Shown here one piece after another: positions 60,505 to 64,000 of a stretch of DNA of 64,000 nt (the stretch's first letter is position 1; each line of letters begins with the position of its first letter). The notes beneath the pieces were generated by a model. It was not told the origin of the DNA. It was given only the letters and a program-made list of their open reading frames with translations, and did not search any database. This DNA comes from Somniosus microcephalus (Eukaryota): assembly GCA_052327205.1 (NCBI GenBank), contig CM126209.1, positions 63,860,001 to 63,924,000 of the forward strand. The letters run 5' to 3'. The position numbers and the translations under genes were made by a program.

Positions 60505-60783
60505 GGGGAGGTGTTGGAGGGGAGGGCCGAAGCTGGTCCCAGTAGGGTGGACGCACGCGGGAAGGGTCCGGCAGCATGCCAGCCTTCTCCCCAGAGGGGG
60601 GAGGTGTTGGAGGGGAGGGCCGAAGCTGGTCCCAGTAGGGTGGACGCACGCGGGAAGGCTCCGGCAGCACGCCGGCCTTCTGCCCAGAGGGGGGAGGTGT
60701 TGGAGGGGAGGGCAGAACCTGGCCCAAGTGGGGTCGACGCACGCGGGAAGGGTCGGCCAGCTCGGCGGCCTTCTCCCCGGAGG
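60505..60783 (+). repeat. 93-bp (31-aa) coding tandem repeat, 3 copies
   Basis: GEVLEGRAEAGPSRVDARGK..A...PSPQR repeated three times. Confidence 0.93.
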
Positions 60784-61993
60784 GAGAGTCCGCCCTCCAG
60801 TCCGGACACGGTCCTCGCCCAGGAGGTGCGCGTCCTCGATGAGATGTCGGCGGCGTCTGAGCGGCGCCACCAAGAGTTCATGGGGGTGGTCGAACAGATG
60901 CCTCACGCCATTGAGTCCCTGGCTCAGAGTGTGGTGGCTTTCGGGGAATCACAGGCCAGGGGGTTCGAACAACTCACGGCAGCGCACGACAGGGGTGTCC
61001 AGCAACTCGCGGCAGCGTAGGACGCGGGTGTGCAGCAACTGGCGGCAGCGCAGGACGCGACTCGCGAGATGAGTGGTGCCGTCCACACACTGGCAGAGCT
61101 GATGCGGGCACATACCAGGGCAGTTCGGGCACTCACTTCTGCCACACTCGCTGTGGCACGGAGGCATCGCCATGGCACCCGCCGCCCTGCTGCAGCACAG
61201 CGGTCTGGCCTCCCCCAGATTGCTGCACTTGCTACACTGCCAGCCCGGCCGAGTGCCAGTGTCTCTGGCGAGCAGCGCGCACCTGCCATCAGCCAGCTTG
61301 CCCCCAGTGGTGCTGCCGACACTGCCACTCCCCCAGCCAAGGTGCGACGAGCTGCTGCTAAGACTGATGCTGCCCAGCCACAGCTGCAGCAGTCAGCAGC
61401 CGGCCCCTCCCGGGCCAGGCCTCGTCTAGGCCGACCCCCAAGGGCATCTGCCGACACGCTTTGTGGTCCTCATGAGCCTTCCCCCAGCCTCGCCACACCC
61501 GCAGGGCCCAGGTTGAGGCGGAGAAGCAGGTCGGCCAGGGGCCGGAGAAGCCTGTCTAAGGACTCGCCCTCTCGGCACACCCATTAGAGTGTGGTGAGAG
61601 CGGTTTCTTTTATATTGGGGGGCTTGTGTTGTGGGGGGCATTATTTTGTTAAGGCCGAGGATCAAGGCATTTTTTGTTTTCATGGGGGTGTCTCTGTTGT
61701 GGCGGGGTGGCTTATTTTTGTAAGGCCGCTGTTGAAGGCCTTTTGGATGGGCAAGTTTTGTTAGTCCTCCCCAGGTTTTGGGAGTGACAGATGTTTTTGA
61801 CTGTTTTTTGGGGGTCTTGTCTGTTTTTCTGTTTCATGTGGGAAGGGCCCTGAGTTTGTGAAATAAAGCTTTTGATTTATTCAGCATGTCCAGGTGTCAT
61901 GTTTGAAGTGGTTGTTGCGTTAACCGGCTGAGGGCTTGCGGAGCGGCTGCCTCAGGTGCGTTCATTGCCACAGGCCATTCCCTGACAGGGGGC

Positions 61994-63127
61994 CTAGAAG
62001 TGTCGATCAATAAGCCCCCGGCGGACGGCCCTTGGCCCTTGTCGCTCCCTCCTGGGCTGGTCCTCCTCCTCCTCCTCCTCTTGCTCGTCCTCCTGAGGTG
62101 GTGGTGCAATGCCAGGTGGCAGTGCCTGAGTCCTGCGGATAGCCAGGTTGTGCAGCATGCAGCACACGACGACGAACTGGGAGACTCTATCCGGCGAATA
62201 CTGAAGAGATCCTCCGGAACGATCCAGGCAGCGGAACCGTTGCTTGAGGACGCCTATCGTTTGCTCGATGATGTTCCTTGTGGCTTGATGGCTTTCGTTG
62301 TATGCCTCCTTCGCTGGGGTCCTGGGCGCGCGGAGCGGGGTCATGAGCCATGTACACAAAGGGTAGCCCTTGTCCCCGATAAGCCATCCCCTTGGTGGAG
62401 GCTGTGCCTCGAACATGTCAGCCACAGTAGTCTGGCGCAGGATAAATGCATCGTGGCTGCTTCCTGGGAAGCGGGCATTGACAGCTAGGATGCGCTGCCT
62501 GTGGTCACACACCAGCTGTACATTTAGGGAATGGTAGCCCTTCCGGTTGCGGTAATCCTCGGCATTGTGGATAGGTGCCCGCATAGCCACATGCGTGCAG
62601 TCAATGGCGCCCTGCACCATGGGGAAGCCCGCGATCCTGCCAAATCCAACTGCACGCTGCTCCTGCCTCTGTCAGGTCATGGGGAAGGAGATGAATTGGT
62701 GTCTCCTCGCGTAAAGTGCATCGGTGACCTGCCGGATGCAGCGATGCGCAGCGAACTGGGAGATGTTCGCTATGTCCGCAGCAGCGGCTTGGAAGGAGCC
62801 GCTTGCATAAAAGTTCAGAGCCACCGTGACCTTCACTTCCACCGAGAGAGACGTCCTGCACATCAGCTGTGGACGCAGATCTGTGTGAAGCAGCTGGCAG
62901 ATCTCTGCAACCACCTCCCTTCTGAAGCGCAGCCTCTTCACACAATGCGCCGCAGTCATGGTGAGATAGGACACCTGCTGCCGGTATTGCCTGAGTGGGT
63001 AAGGCCTACGTTGCCGACGCCTGATGGCCCCTCTGCGTCTAGGCATGGCTGGCCCTCTCTCACAGCGTCTGCGAGCCCTTCGCACATAATGCTGCAACTG
63101 AGGGTTGGCCCCCCATACAGCCCCCAT
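61994..63127 (-). pseudogene. Harbinger transposase of H2 with a single in-frame TGA (62674-62672)
   Basis: ORFs 62672-63163 and 61994-62620 are in the same frame (FPMT*QRQEQRAVGF); GAIDCTH, GDKGY and IIEQTIG are intact. Confidence 0.93.
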
Positions 63128-64000
63128 AATAAAGTTGAGAACAGATAAATCACAATGAATCAAATGTCAAAGCACTGGCCAGAAGCCAAAAATACCTCTC
63201 CTATGTTGTCCCAAATCTGTAACCTCTGTCCCTTGGTCTCTGTCCAGAAATCCAAAGCAGTAAAGTCATTGCAGCAAAATGGCTGGGCTTTATAGGTCAG
63301 TGTAAGTGCCCTTTAATTTGCGCTCCCCGAGGCCCACAGGGCCTCTTTTGCGTTCCACCTCACAGTTCTTAGCAGCGCCACGCCCACATTGGGCGGGCGC
63401 CACTGAATTTCCGGTTTGGGGCGCACAAACAGCGTTGCGCGACGATATGACGTCATAAGCTGCGCGCGCACCTGAGCGGGCGCAAACACTTTGCGCCGGC
63501 GCTAAATGTCAACTGAATTTGGGCGTCGGCGCAGATTGGACTGCGTTCAGGCGCTAAGTGTCTAGCGCCGGAAATATAGCCCTTTTATGGCGTTAGCGGC
63601 TGGCGCAACCCACTGAATTTCTAGGCCTATATCACTCAATATGAAACTTGCGACAATTGGGATTAATTGTTGGCACTGGACACTGTTATCTCTATGACAG
63701 AACCAGTAAGAAACACTCTTCCTGACACTGGGGGACAAGATCTGCTTTGGAGGACCACTGTGAAAATATTTGGAATGAGAAAGGAGTGTTTCAAAAGTCT
63801 GTACCATAATGTAAATATTTAGGTGAAGGAATAACAGACAGAATTTAGTAGGATTCTGCATAATCCTATAATGGATTTTTGTTAGGAATATGCCTAACCA
63901 AAAATCTATTACAGAATTTTGCAGCCTCTCATTTAACATTGTTGCCCATCTAGCTAGTTTGCCTCTAATTGCATGTGCCTACTTTAAGAACTCAGATGGA

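Larger units (their letters stand above)
59453..61587 (+). pseudogene. Three-exon Myb/SANT-like gene of H2 (59453-59689, 60029-60191, 60350-61587) with one in-frame TAG
   Basis: RAQRFSEHALSVLIHGVEKRRAIL..WGKIA..RSADQCRKKFNDL; canonical splice sites in phases 0 and 1. The TAG at 61018-61020 is where the next repeat unit has CAG. Confidence 0.9.
59092..63627 (-). mobile_element. Full-length PIF/Harbinger transposon H2 (4536 bp)
   Basis: 16-bp TIR GGCCTAGAAATTCAGT; TAT TSD (59089-59091 and 63628-63630); two convergent genes. Confidence 0.96.

Noticed and set aside
62672-62674. Programmed readthrough or selenocysteine at in-frame stops (also 50809 and 61018)
   Set aside because: Each stop is one transition from a plausible sense codon (CGA, TGG, CAG), consistent with ordinary decay.

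Overview
This is vertebrate nuclear DNA, not prokaryotic. A DeuSINE resembling shark SacSINE1, together with CR1, L2 and Penelope repeats, suggests a cartilaginous fish. I found no intact host protein-coding gene; the window is a nested stack of transposable elements. Main contents: (1) A young, complete Gypsy LTR retrotransposon (12314-18253, minus strand) with apparently identical 261-bp LTRs, a GTACC TSD and an open 1308-aa gag-pol. It has an unusual YLDN RT motif and no tRNA primer site, but a PBS-position sequence complementary to its own LTR. (2) Two full-length PIF/Harbinger transposons (27331-31689, 59092-63627), each with a transposase and a convergent 3-exon Myb/SANT-like gene, plus at least eight Harbinger-type MITEs with 3-bp TSDs. 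(3) A full-length Tigger/pogo transposon (49730-52676) and its MITE (2115-2747). (4) Many CR1, L2 and Penelope fragments, including minimal hammerhead ribozymes. (5) A putative solo LTR. (6) An apparently spliced LRRC47 fragment upstream of a LINE-type 3' tail. Element ends defined by TSDs were read base by base; boundaries of degraded LINEs are approximate.
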